From an uncultured Gemmatimonadales bacterium (GTDB lineage: Bacteria; Gemmatimonadota; Gemmatimonadetes; Longimicrobiales; Gaopeijiaceae), in assembly GCA_963809895.1 (NCBI GenBank), contig CAWELD010000010.1, forward strand, positions 32,001 to 96,000: a DNA stretch of 64,000 bases, written 5' to 3'. The notes under the pieces are model-generated. The model was not told the origin of the DNA. It saw only the letters and a list, made by a program, of their open reading frames with translations, and made no database searches. Position numbers and translations under genes: made by a program. This document shows, piece by piece, positions 29,112 to 37,423 of this stretch. Every line of letters begins with the position of its first letter. The first letter of the stretch is position 1.

Positions 29112-29447
29112 TCATCCCACGTTCCCGAGAAGGTCCGTCAGGTCGCCGATCATGGCCCGGATGGCGCCAGTGGTGGCGCGGACCGCGTCGACGCCGGCCG
29201 GCTCCACGGTGACCAGCCTCGGCGGCCGTCCACCGCGTTCGGGACGGGGCTCGCCCAGCCGGGAGCTGAGCAGGCCCTTCTCTTCCAGGCGCTGCAGCGT
29301 CGTGTAGACGTTCGCGCGCCGCACCGAGCGGCCGGTGCGGGCCGCGATGTCCTCGGCGATGGAGACCGTGTAGGCCTGGTCGGGCCCCAGGCGCAGCGCG
29401 GCCAGCATCACCAGGAGCTCGAACTCGGCGAGGGAATCGGAAGGCAT
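29112..29447 (-). CDS. PadR family transcriptional regulator
   Basis: LAEFELLVM...VYTTLQRLEEKG...PERGGRP. Confidence 0.88.
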   Translation of the reverse strand: MPSDSLAEFELLVMLAALRLGPDQAYTVSIAEDIAARTGRSVRRANVYTTLQRLEEKGLLSSRLGEPRPERGGRPPRLVTVEPAGVDAVRATTGAIRAMIGDLTDLLGNVG

Positions 29448-29678
29448 GGCGGTGGGCTCGGAGCCGGGCGGCCGTCGGGCGCGTCGTGATGCCGGGAGCG
29501 GATCGCCGGCGCGTGGGCGGCGAATAGAGTCAGGATGTGACTGAATACGCCTGCCATGGGGGTGCCGTCAAGCCTGCCTTCGGGGGGGACGCAGGGCTGC
29601 CGTCGCGACGCGGACGCGCGCTTGCCCCGGACGACGAGCGGGACCGGGCCCCGTCGGACCCGGTCCCTGGCGCCGGCT

Positions 29679-30332
29679 TCAGTTCGTCAGTGCCGCCACC
29701 ACCGAGGGCGGCACGATCACCTGGTTGACGAGGTGGATGATGCCGTTGCTGGCCGGGAGGTTGGGCTCGACGATCGACGCATCGTCCCGCACGCCCAGCG
29801 CCGTGAGGCCGTCTTCGATGGTGCCGTCGGGTCGCACGGCGAAGGACTCACCCAGGAGCGTCGGCATGGTGCGCATACCGTTCGACGGAAGGACGCTGTT
29901 CGCCGCCCGCCGGCCGGGGCTCACGTGGTAGAGGAGCACGTCGAGCACCACCTGCGGGGGCAGGTCCGTGATCTCGTCGATCGGCTGGCCGAGCACGACC
30001 GTGAGCAGGCCGTAGAGATCCTCGAAGGCCGCGTCGGTGGGCGCGAACACGGTGTGCTGGTTGGTGCCGTTCATGAAGAGGTCCACCAGCTCGGTGCCGA
30101 GCTCGCTGTCCACGTAGCTCAGGGCTCCCACCAACTCGGTGAGTCCGCGGTCGATGGCGATCTGCGCGATGGGGTCGGATCCCTTCTTCGGCGACGCCTT
30201 GGGATTCCGGACGTCGGGTGCGGCGGCCAGTTCGGTAGCGGGTGCGGTTTCGGGCGCGGCGGGCAGGTCCGAGCAGCCGGCGAGCGCGACGGCTCCCAAC
30301 AAGCTCAATGAGAAGAGGCTCGGGCGGGTCAT
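29679..30332 (-). CDS. Fasciclin (FAS1) domain lipoprotein
   Basis: LAGC lipobox, TVFAPTDAAF, LLYHV, ASNGIIHLVNQVI. Confidence 0.9.
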   Translation of the reverse strand: MTRPSLFSLSLLGAVALAGCSDLPAAPETAPATELAAAPDVRNPKASPKKGSDPIAQIAIDRGLTELVGALSYVDSELGTELVDLFMNGTNQHTVFAPTDAAFEDLYGLLTVVLGQPIDEITDLPPQVVLDVLLYHVSPGRRAANSVLPSNGMRTMPTLLGESFAVRPDGTIEDGLTALGVRDDASIVEPNLPASNGIIHLVNQVIVPPSVVAALTN

Positions 30333-30606
30333 ACGTCCTCCTTGCGTCGATGTGAGGGCGGAGAGGTGCGTACAGGCGATGTCCAACATTTTGGCGGTAT
30401 GTCGAGGATTTGTCAAGCATGAACTTCGACAACAGTTGGACGACCTTTCGCCCACATCGCACGCCGAGGGGCCGGACGGCGTTTCCTCGTCGAGCGTTGG
30501 AACGTCCGGAAGTGTTTCATGGAACTGACCCGCGCGACGCCCGCAGAGGCTCGTGAAGCGCTCTCCGGCCCGTGGTTATGCGCCATCCAGGGCGGGTATG
30601 CGCCTA

Positions 30607-30621
30607 CGGCACGCGCGTTGC
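30607..30621 (+). promoter_or_regulatory. sigma54 (-24/-12) promoter
   Basis: CGGCACGCGCGTTGC = GG-N10-GC, 48 nt before ATG 30669, with a GGAGGAGG RBS. Confidence 0.65.
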
Positions 30622-30668
30622 CCCTATCTCGCATGCGTTCCAACCAGACTCATGGAGGAGGTAGTCGC

Positions 30669-32435
30669 ATGCGTTTCGATGTCCGACGAGTGTTCGTGGG
30701 CTTGCTCGCCGTCACCGCGCTGGCCGCGTGTAACGACGACGACGGCATGATGCCCGAGATGCCCCTGAACCCGAGCACGGCTCCCAGGGCGACCATCGAC
30801 CGTTTCAGTGACGATGCCGCGACGCTCTTCAAGCGGAGCGCCATGGCGTCGCTGCCGGCGGCCGGCGTGGCCATCGACTTCGACCAGGAGCCCTTCATCA
30901 GCCACGGGCTGGGTCCGGCCGGTCAGCCGGTCCACTACTACAACTTCGATGTCATGCCCACGGCGCCGGCGCCCATTTTCGTGTTGTTCCGCGAAGGCGA
31001 GTCCATGCCGGTGAGCGGTCAGCTGAACCTCGTGAGCGTGATCCCCGGTGATGCCGGCTACAGCGATTTCTGGCAGGTGATGAAGGTCACCGTGCCGGCC
31101 GACTATGTCGCGAACACCATCACGAGCGTCGACGAGCTCGTGGCGGCGGGATACGACACCGAGACCACCGACATGATCGTGAACTGCCCCATCGTGCCGG
31201 AGGGCTCCACGGCCAGCGAGGGTCCGGGCGCCAACGGCCTGACCCAGGGCTGGTACGAGGACCAGGTGGTCTTCTACTTCAACTTCAACGAGGCGCCCAT
31301 CACGGCGACCGCGGCGGGCGAAGTGCCCACCAGCGACATCTTCGTGAGCTTCAACGTGAACCCCGACGAGACCGGTGGCGGCCCCGCCTCGGGCTTCATG
31401 ACCCAGGGCACGTCTGCTCAAACCCACAACGTGGTGGAGACCCTTCCCGGCGACGCCGCCTATTCGCCGCTCTGGGACGTGATGCCCTACGACAACGCCG
31501 CCTTCGACATGGTCCACGATCTGTCGTCGGCACAGGCTGCGGACAACTTCGGCCTCGCCGCCGTGGTGAACTGCCCGATCGTGTTCGTGGGCGAGACGCC
31601 CGGCAATGCGGAGACGGCCACCGAGGCCGTCATCGATCGATTCAGCGACGACGCGGGTGCCCTCTTCCGGCGGAGCGCCAACGCGGGCCTCCCGGGTGCG
31701 GGTGAGCCCATCGACTTCGACATGGCGCCCTTCATCACCCAGGGCCTGGGTCCGAGCGGGCAGGTCGTCCGCTACTACAACTTCGACGTGATGCCCACGG
31801 CTCCGGCGCCCATCTTCGCCCTCTTCTACGAGAGCGGCGGGCCCGTGCCCGGCCAGCACAACATCGTCGACGTGATTCCCGGCGAGGCGGGCTACAACGA
31901 CTTCTGGCAGGTCGTGAAGGTGACCGTGCCGGACAGCTACATCGCCAACTCCGCCACCAGCGTGCAGGACCTGGTGGACGCCGGCTACGACATGGAGTAC
32001 ACGGACATGCTGGTGAACTGCCCCATCGTGCCCGACGGCTCCACCGCCGAGCTCCGTCTGGGAGGCGAAGACAACGGCCTCACCACCGGATGGCACGACG
32101 GCGAGGTCATCTACTACTTCAACTTCTTCGAGGCGCCCCTGTCGGTCACCGGTGACGGGATGGTGCCCACCAGCGACATCTTCGTCGCCTTCAACATCAA
32201 CCCGGACCAGCCGGGCGGCGGACCGGCCTCGGGCTTCATGGTCGAGACCGGCACCATGCAGACGCACAACGTCGTCGAGACCGTCCCGGGCGATGCGCTC
32301 TATTCGCCGCTGTGGGACGTGATGCCCTACGACAACGCGGCATTCAACACAGTGACGAACCTGGCGACCGCGCAGGCGGCCATGAACTTCGGCCTCGCCG
32401 CGACGGTGAACTGCCCGATCGTCTCCATGCAGTAG
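30669..32435 (+). CDS. Lipoprotein with a tandem duplication, each half holding two Y(S/N)x(F/L)W...VNCPIV sub-repeats (DUF7482-like)
   Basis: LAAC lipobox; two about 275-aa halves both beginning IDRFSDDA; four VNCPIV motifs. Confidence 0.85.
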   Translation: MRFDVRRVFVGLLAVTALAACNDDDGMMPEMPLNPSTAPRATIDRFSDDAATLFKRSAMASLPAAGVAIDFDQEPFISHGLGPAGQPVHYYNFDVMPTAPAPIFVLFREGESMPVSGQLNLVSVIPGDAGYSDFWQVMKVTVPADYVANTITSVDELVAAGYDTETTDMIVNCPIVPEGSTASEGPGANGLTQGWYEDQVVFYFNFNEAPITATAAGEVPTSDIFVSFNVNPDETGGGPASGFMTQGTSAQTHNVVETLPGDAAYSPLWDVMPYDNAAFDMVHDLSSAQAADNFGLAAVVNCPIVFVGETPGNAETATEAVIDRFSDDAGALFRRSANAGLPGAGEPIDFDMAPFITQGLGPSGQVVRYYNFDVMPTAPAPIFALFYESGGPVPGQHNIVDVIPGEAGYNDFWQVVKVTVPDSYIANSATSVQDLVDAGYDMEYTDMLVNCPIVPDGSTAELRLGGEDNGLTTGWHDGEVIYYFNFFEAPLSVTGDGMVPTSDIFVAFNINPDQPGGGPASGFMVETGTMQTHNVVETVPGDALYSPLWDVMPYDNAAFNTVTNLATAQAAMNFGLAATVNCPIVSMQ

Positions 32436-32463
32436 ACCCCGACCACAACCAACAGGTGGACCG

Positions 32464-32492
32464 GCCGGGGGCGGGAACGTCCCGCCCCCGGC
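32464..32492. terminator. GC-rich intergenic hairpin (terminator or mRNA-stabilising stem)
   Basis: 13-bp stem gccgggggcggga/tcccgcccccggc with no U-tract. Confidence 0.5.
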
Positions 32493-32518
32493 ATGGGCCC
32501 CCTGCACCCTGACGAATC

Positions 32519-33704
32519 ATGATCAGACGACTCACGCTGGCCCTGGCGTTGACGATGCTCGGGGGATGGAGTCCCGCAGCTGGGGCCCAGAGCGTCGTGG
32601 CCCGCTCCCCGAACATCGCGGGGGGCTGGACGGCCGCGCCCGGTGTCATCCAGCTCAACTTCCTGCACCGGTTCAGCATCAGCGATCCCCCACTCCGCAA
32701 GATCACCAACACCCCCACCTTCAACGTGGGCACCGGCGTCACCGGCAACGTCATGGTGGGATTCGTCTACGGATCCAACTCGAGGCTGGTGCCCGCGTAT
32801 CCGAACGAATGGGAGTTCTACGCCCGCGCGCTCCCCGTGGCCCAGGCCCGGGGTGCCCCGCTGGATGTGGCCGTGCAGGGTGGCTACAACCTGGCCTCCG
32901 AGAGCATCGACGGAGAGCTGCTCCTGGCCCGGGGTCTGGGGAGGGTGCGGCTGTTGGCTGCAGGGCCGCGCCTTCTCGGAGGCCTACGCCGGTGACGAGA
33001 GCCGCTTCGCCGTGACCGGAGGGGCGGCGCTCAGCCTCACGCCCCGCGTGGCGCTGGCCGGCGACTACGGCGTGCTGCTCGACCGGTCCGAGGACGAGCG
33101 TCCGGCGTGGAGCGCCGGTCTGCAGGTGGGCGTGCCCTACACGCCCCACAGCTTCTCCATCCACGCCACCAACGTGGGGACGGCTTCGCTCGAGGGAACG
33201 TCCCGCGGGCTCCGCACCCGCTGGGGCTTCGAGTACACCATCCCCATCACCGTGCGGCGCTACGTGCCGTCGGGTGGGGACGGCGACGACAGCGAGGACA
33301 TGGCGGGGGCCGCGGCTGGTGGGATGGAGGCCGCTGCCGCCATGGACATGACCGATTCCGCCGCGGCCAGCGGGGCGATGGGCGAGTCGATGGGCGAGTC
33401 CATGGCCGCGGCGGACACGGTGTTCGTGGACATCAAGAACCTCGCCTACGGCAAGGAGCGCATCGAGATCACCCCGGGGACCACCGTGGTGTGGCGCAAC
33501 ATGGACCCCATCCAGCACTCCGTGACGAATCCCGATTCCATCTTCGACTCCGGGCTCATCGATCCCGGCAAGTCCTTCACCTGGACCTTCGCCGACCAGG
33601 GCACGTTCCCGTTCCACTGCGTCCCTCATCCCTTCATGAAGGGCACCGTCGTGGTGTCGGGCATGCGCGAGTCCAGTTCACCCAGTGAGGGAGGTGCGCC
33701 ATGA
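32519..33704 (+). CDS. Secreted beta-barrel-like (DUF5777-like) domain plus Met-rich linker plus cupredoxin; one frameshift at about 32965
   Basis: Signal peptide, FLHRF motif and amphipathic strands in ORF 32519; C-terminal HSV...CVPHPFM type-1 copper site in ORF 32643-33704; joined by removing one base in gggcc. Confidence 0.75.
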
Positions 33705-34066
33705 GCAGGAGTCGTGGATGGATTCTGGGGCTGGCGCTGGCCACGGCGCTGACGATCCCGCTGGCCTGCAGCCAGCACACGGATCCCATGGAGCCCAGCG
33801 GCGGCGACGTGGTGGAGATCGAGATCCGCAACTACGAGTTCTCGCAGCCCGAGCTCCACATCGAGCCGGGGACCACCGTGCGGTGGAAGAACACGACGAA
33901 CACCTACCACACCGTCACCCCCGACGGCCACGACGCCTGGACGCAGTGGCAGACGGCCAGCGAGGGGCAGACCTTCGAGGTCACCTTCAACGTCGCCGGG
34001 GAATATCCGTACTACTGCATCCCCCACCGCTCGCTGGGCATGATGGGGACGATCATCGTGGAGTGA
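33701..34066 (+). CDS. Plastocyanin/halocyanin-like blue copper lipoprotein
   Basis: PLAC lipobox, HTVT...YYCIPHRSLGM; ATGA overlap with the upstream gene. Confidence 0.9.
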   Translation: MSRSRGWILGLALATALTIPLACSQHTDPMEPSGGDVVEIEIRNYEFSQPELHIEPGTTVRWKNTTNTYHTVTPDGHDAWTQWQTASEGQTFEVTFNVAGEYPYYCIPHRSLGMMGTIIVE

Positions 34067-34086
34067 GTGGTTCCAGCCGGGACAAC

Positions 34087-34270
34087 GCAGCCCGCGTCGG
34101 TGCCGAGTCGGGGCGCGGGCTGCAAAGTCCTCGATTATCATGGGGAATGCAGCCCGCGGCACCGGCGCCATCGTCGGGGGCTGCAAAGCCCTGGATAATC
34201 ATGGGGATCGCAGCCCGCGCTCCCGGGCGCCCGCGTCGCGGGCTGCAAAGACCATGATCGTGATGCGGGG
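34087..34270. repeat. Tandem array of about 45-bp palindromic-ended units with 16-17-bp variable linkers (REP/BIME-like)
   Basis: cgcgggctgcaaag.cc..gat.atcatgggga..gcagcccgcg at 34114 and 34175; partial copies at 34087 and 34237. Confidence 0.8.
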
Positions 34271-34314
34271 AACGTGTCGGCGGGCGGCGCTGAACCGGGT
34301 CGCCACGGCCACTT

Positions 34315-34363
34315 GTGTTGACTTTCGACACAACCAGAGCCATGATGTGTCGAAAGTCGACAC
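34315..34363 (+). promoter_or_regulatory. PadR operator inverted repeat overlapping a sigma70 promoter
   Basis: 18-bp arms gtgttgactttcgacaca and tgtgtcgaaagtcgacac (1 mismatch); TTGACT-N17-CATGAT. Confidence 0.75.
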
Positions 34364-34390
34364 CAGCCGTCCGCCCAGCCCGTCCACCCC

Positions 34391-34726
34391 ATGGCTCCTG
34401 ACCGCTCGTCCGAGGTCCTGCGCGGCACCCTGGACCTTCTGATCCTCAAGACGCTGGCCGTGGAGGCCATGCACGGGTGGGGCATCAGCCAGCGCATCCA
34501 GCAGCTGTCCGACGGCCTGCTGGACGTCAATCAGGGCTCGCTCTATCCGGCGCTGCAGCGGCTGGAGGAGCGGGGTTGGGTGAAGGGGAAGTGGGGACGC
34601 ACGCCGGAGAAGCGGCGGGCGCGCTACTACCATCTCACCCCGGTGGGGCGCCGTGCCCTGGGAGAGGAGACCGCGAACTGGCGGCTCTACGTGGGTGCGG
34701 TGGAACAGATCCTGGGTGCGAGCTGA
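34391..34726 (+). CDS. PadR family regulator (Acidobacterial type)
   Basis: LRGTLDLLILKTL...HGWGI...QGSLYPALQRLE...RARYY.LT. Confidence 0.93.
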   Translation: MAPDRSSEVLRGTLDLLILKTLAVEAMHGWGISQRIQQLSDGLLDVNQGSLYPALQRLEERGWVKGKWGRTPEKRRARYYHLTPVGRRALGEETANWRLYVGAVEQILGAS

Positions 34727-34735
34727 GGCGGGGGG

Positions 34736-37366
34736 ATGAACGTCTTCATCCGGCTGCTGCGGCGGGCGCTCTATCTCCTGCGTCGCCGCTCCATGGACGA
34801 GACCATGGACGAGGAGATGCGTTTCCACATCGACATGGAGACGGAGAAGAATCTCCGCGCCGGGATGGGCCCTGCCGAGGCACGGCGGGCGGCGCTGGTG
34901 GCGTTCGGGGGTGTGGAGCGGCACCGCGAGGCGACCCGCGAAGCGCGTGGAACCGCGCTGGTGGAGAGCGTCGTGCGCGACGGCGCGCGGGCCTTTCGCA
35001 ACATGCGCCGGGCGCCGATCTCGACCTTCACCGCGGTGACGTCGCTGGCTCTGGGCCTCGCGGCGACGGCGTTGGTTCTGGTCTTCGCCGAGGCCTTCCT
35101 GCTTCGCCCCCTGGACGCGCCGGATCCGGATCGCCTGGTCTCGTACGAGGAGGACCACGTCGGGCCGGGCGGCAACTCGCAGAGCGGCCACAGCGGGGTG
35201 GCGTACGCCCGCTACCGGCAGATGGCTGCGGCCGCGGCCCCGGTGGCGGACCTCGCCGCGTACACCTACGACGGCGTGTCGCTCGTGGCCGACGGGCAGG
35301 CCTCGGCCGGCATCGGCACGCGCGTGAGCCGGAACTACTTTCGCGCTCTGGGCCTGCGGCCTGCCGTCGGGCGGTTCTTCGAGCCGTCGGACGAGGGCGA
35401 AGGGGGGCCGCCGGAGGTGGTGCTGAGCGCGCACTACTGGCGCACGGCGCTGGGCGGGGACCCGGACGTGGTGGGACAGTCGATCCGGGTGGACGGGCGC
35501 CCGCACACCGTGGTGGGCGTCGCGCCCGAGGGCTTCAATGGCGTGCTTCTCGGGCTGGCCTCCGAGGTGTGGGTGCCCGCGGACCTGTGGGTGTACAGCG
35601 CCGACGGATCGCGCCGTCCCCATCTGGCGGTCTTCGGCCGGCTCACTCCCGGAACCACGTCCACGGCAGCGACGACGGCCATCGACCGCGTCGCCCGGTC
35701 CCTTCCACCGGAGGTCGAGGGGTCCGAGATCCGTCGCGCGTGGCTGGATCCCCTGACGCCCGTGCCTGAGGCCTTCCGCGGCTCGGCCGTGAGCCTTCTG
35801 GGGATCCTGCTGGCCATGGCGGGACTGGTTCTCGCCGTGGCCGCCGCCAACGTGGGAGGCATCCTCCTGGTGAGGGCCGCCGGCCGCCGCCGTGAGGCCA
35901 CCATGCGCATGGCGCTCGGCGCACCCCGGGGGCGGCTGATCCGCACGTTGGCGACGGAGACGCTGGTCCTCTTCCTGGCCGGAGCGGCCGCCGGTCTCGT
36001 CCTGGCGTTCTGGCTGGCAGGGGTGGTCGAGGCCTATCACCTGCCGGTGGCGGTGCGGGTGGCCGTCGACCTGTCGCTGGACCTCCGGGTCGCCCTGGTC
36101 GCCGTGGGCATCATGCTCCTGGTGGGCCTGACGCTGGGATGCGTCACCGGCGTGCAGGCCACCGCCCGGCTCGATGCCAACGCCTTGCGCGGGGGGTGGG
36201 CCGGCGAGCCTCCACGGTCCATTCGCTTGCGTCGGATCTTCGGGGTCGCGCAGCTCGCCGTGACCGCGGTACTGCTCTTCTCGGGAGGCCTCTTCGTCCG
36301 GACGGTCCAGCGGGCGCTGGCCGTGGACCCCGGCCTCGATCCCGCGGGCCTGGTCATGGCGCCGGTATCGCCCGGCGCCGCGGGCTACGGACCCGAGGAG
36401 TCCGAAGCGTTCATCGCTCGGCTGCTGGAGCGGCTGCGCGCGCGGCCGGATCTGGAGGCCGCCGTGGCGCGGACGGCTCCGCTGTCCGGGGGCGTGAACT
36501 CGGACGACATCGAGCTCGCCGACGGCCGCACCGTGCCGACCCACTACGGGTGGGCCGAGGGCGCTTGGTTCCAGACCGCCGGGGCCCGCATCGTGCGCGG
36601 GCGCGCCTTCGGACCGGACGAGGCACGGGACGGGACGGCCCCCGCGGTCATCAACGAGAGTCTGGCCGCGAGGCTGTGGCCCGGGGAGTCCCCTCTGGGG
36701 CGGACGTTCAGGTTGCGAGGCGTGGATCGCACGGTGGTCGGGGTGGTGGCCGACGGCCGCTACCGCGACATGGCCGAGGTGGGTGCGCACTATGCCTTCC
36801 TCCCGTTCCCGGGGCGGTTCGGCTCACCGATTACGGTCTTTCTCCGGAGCAGCGACCGGTCGACGGCGACGGCCGTGGGCGCGTTGCGTGAGGAGTTGGC
36901 CGCCCTGGACCCCGACGTGACGCCCCGCGTCGTGACGCCCATGGAGGATCAGATCGCCTACTTCCTCGCTCCCCAGCGGGCGGCGGGCTGGCTGATCGGG
37001 GTGTTCGGGCTCGTGGGGCTGACCCTGGCCTGCGTGGGGCTCTTCGGAATCACCGCGTTCCAGGTCGCGCAACGCGTGCGGGAGATCGGCATCCGGGTGG
37101 CGCTGGGCGCTCCGCGGGGCCGCGTCGCCAGGGCCGTGGTCTCCTCCGCGCTCCGCATGACGGCGGTGGGATTGATCCTGGGTGTGGTGGGCGGGCTGGT
37201 GGTGAGTCGCCTGGCCTCGCGCTTCCTGTTCGGGGTCGGTCTGGCGGATCCCTGGCTCCTCCTGACGATCCCCACGATCCTGGTGGCGGCGACGCTGCTG
37301 GCGAGCTGGGTACCGGCCCGTCGCGCCACCCGCGTGGATCCGGCGAAGCTGCTGAGGGACGCCTAG
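34736..37366 (+). CDS. ADOP family duplicated MacB/FtsX-type ABC permease
   Basis: permease prefix EEMRFHIDME, two MacB repeats, REIGIRVALGA, PARRATRVDP. Confidence 0.9.
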   Translation: MNVFIRLLRRALYLLRRRSMDETMDEEMRFHIDMETEKNLRAGMGPAEARRAALVAFGGVERHREATREARGTALVESVVRDGARAFRNMRRAPISTFTAVTSLALGLAATALVLVFAEAFLLRPLDAPDPDRLVSYEEDHVGPGGNSQSGHSGVAYARYRQMAAAAAPVADLAAYTYDGVSLVADGQASAGIGTRVSRNYFRALGLRPAVGRFFEPSDEGEGGPPEVVLSAHYWRTALGGDPDVVGQSIRVDGRPHTVVGVAPEGFNGVLLGLASEVWVPADLWVYSADGSRRPHLAVFGRLTPGTTSTAATTAIDRVARSLPPEVEGSEIRRAWLDPLTPVPEAFRGSAVSLLGILLAMAGLVLAVAAANVGGILLVRAAGRRREATMRMALGAPRGRLIRTLATETLVLFLAGAAAGLVLAFWLAGVVEAYHLPVAVRVAVDLSLDLRVALVAVGIMLLVGLTLGCVTGVQATARLDANALRGGWAGEPPRSIRLRRIFGVAQLAVTAVLLFSGGLFVRTVQRALAVDPGLDPAGLVMAPVSPGAAGYGPEESEAFIARLLERLRARPDLEAAVARTAPLSGGVNSDDIELADGRTVPTHYGWAEGAWFQTAGARIVRGRAFGPDEARDGTAPAVINESLAARLWPGESPLGRTFRLRGVDRTVVGVVADGRYRDMAEVGAHYAFLPFPGRFGSPITVFLRSSDRSTATAVGALREELAALDPDVTPRVVTPMEDQIAYFLAPQRAAGWLIGVFGLVGLTLACVGLFGITAFQVAQRVREIGIRVALGAPRGRVARAVVSSALRMTAVGLILGVVGGLVVSRLASRFLFGVGLADPWLLLTIPTILVAATLLASWVPARRATRVDPAKLLRDA

Positions 37367-37423
37367 CAGGTCGCAAGTGGTAGGCCCGCCCGGGCGCAAA
37401 CCGGGGCTTGTGATGCGCGGGCC

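Noticed and set aside
34087..34270. CRISPR array
   Set aside because: Linkers are only 16-17 bp, units diverge internally, there are only two full copies and no cas genes.
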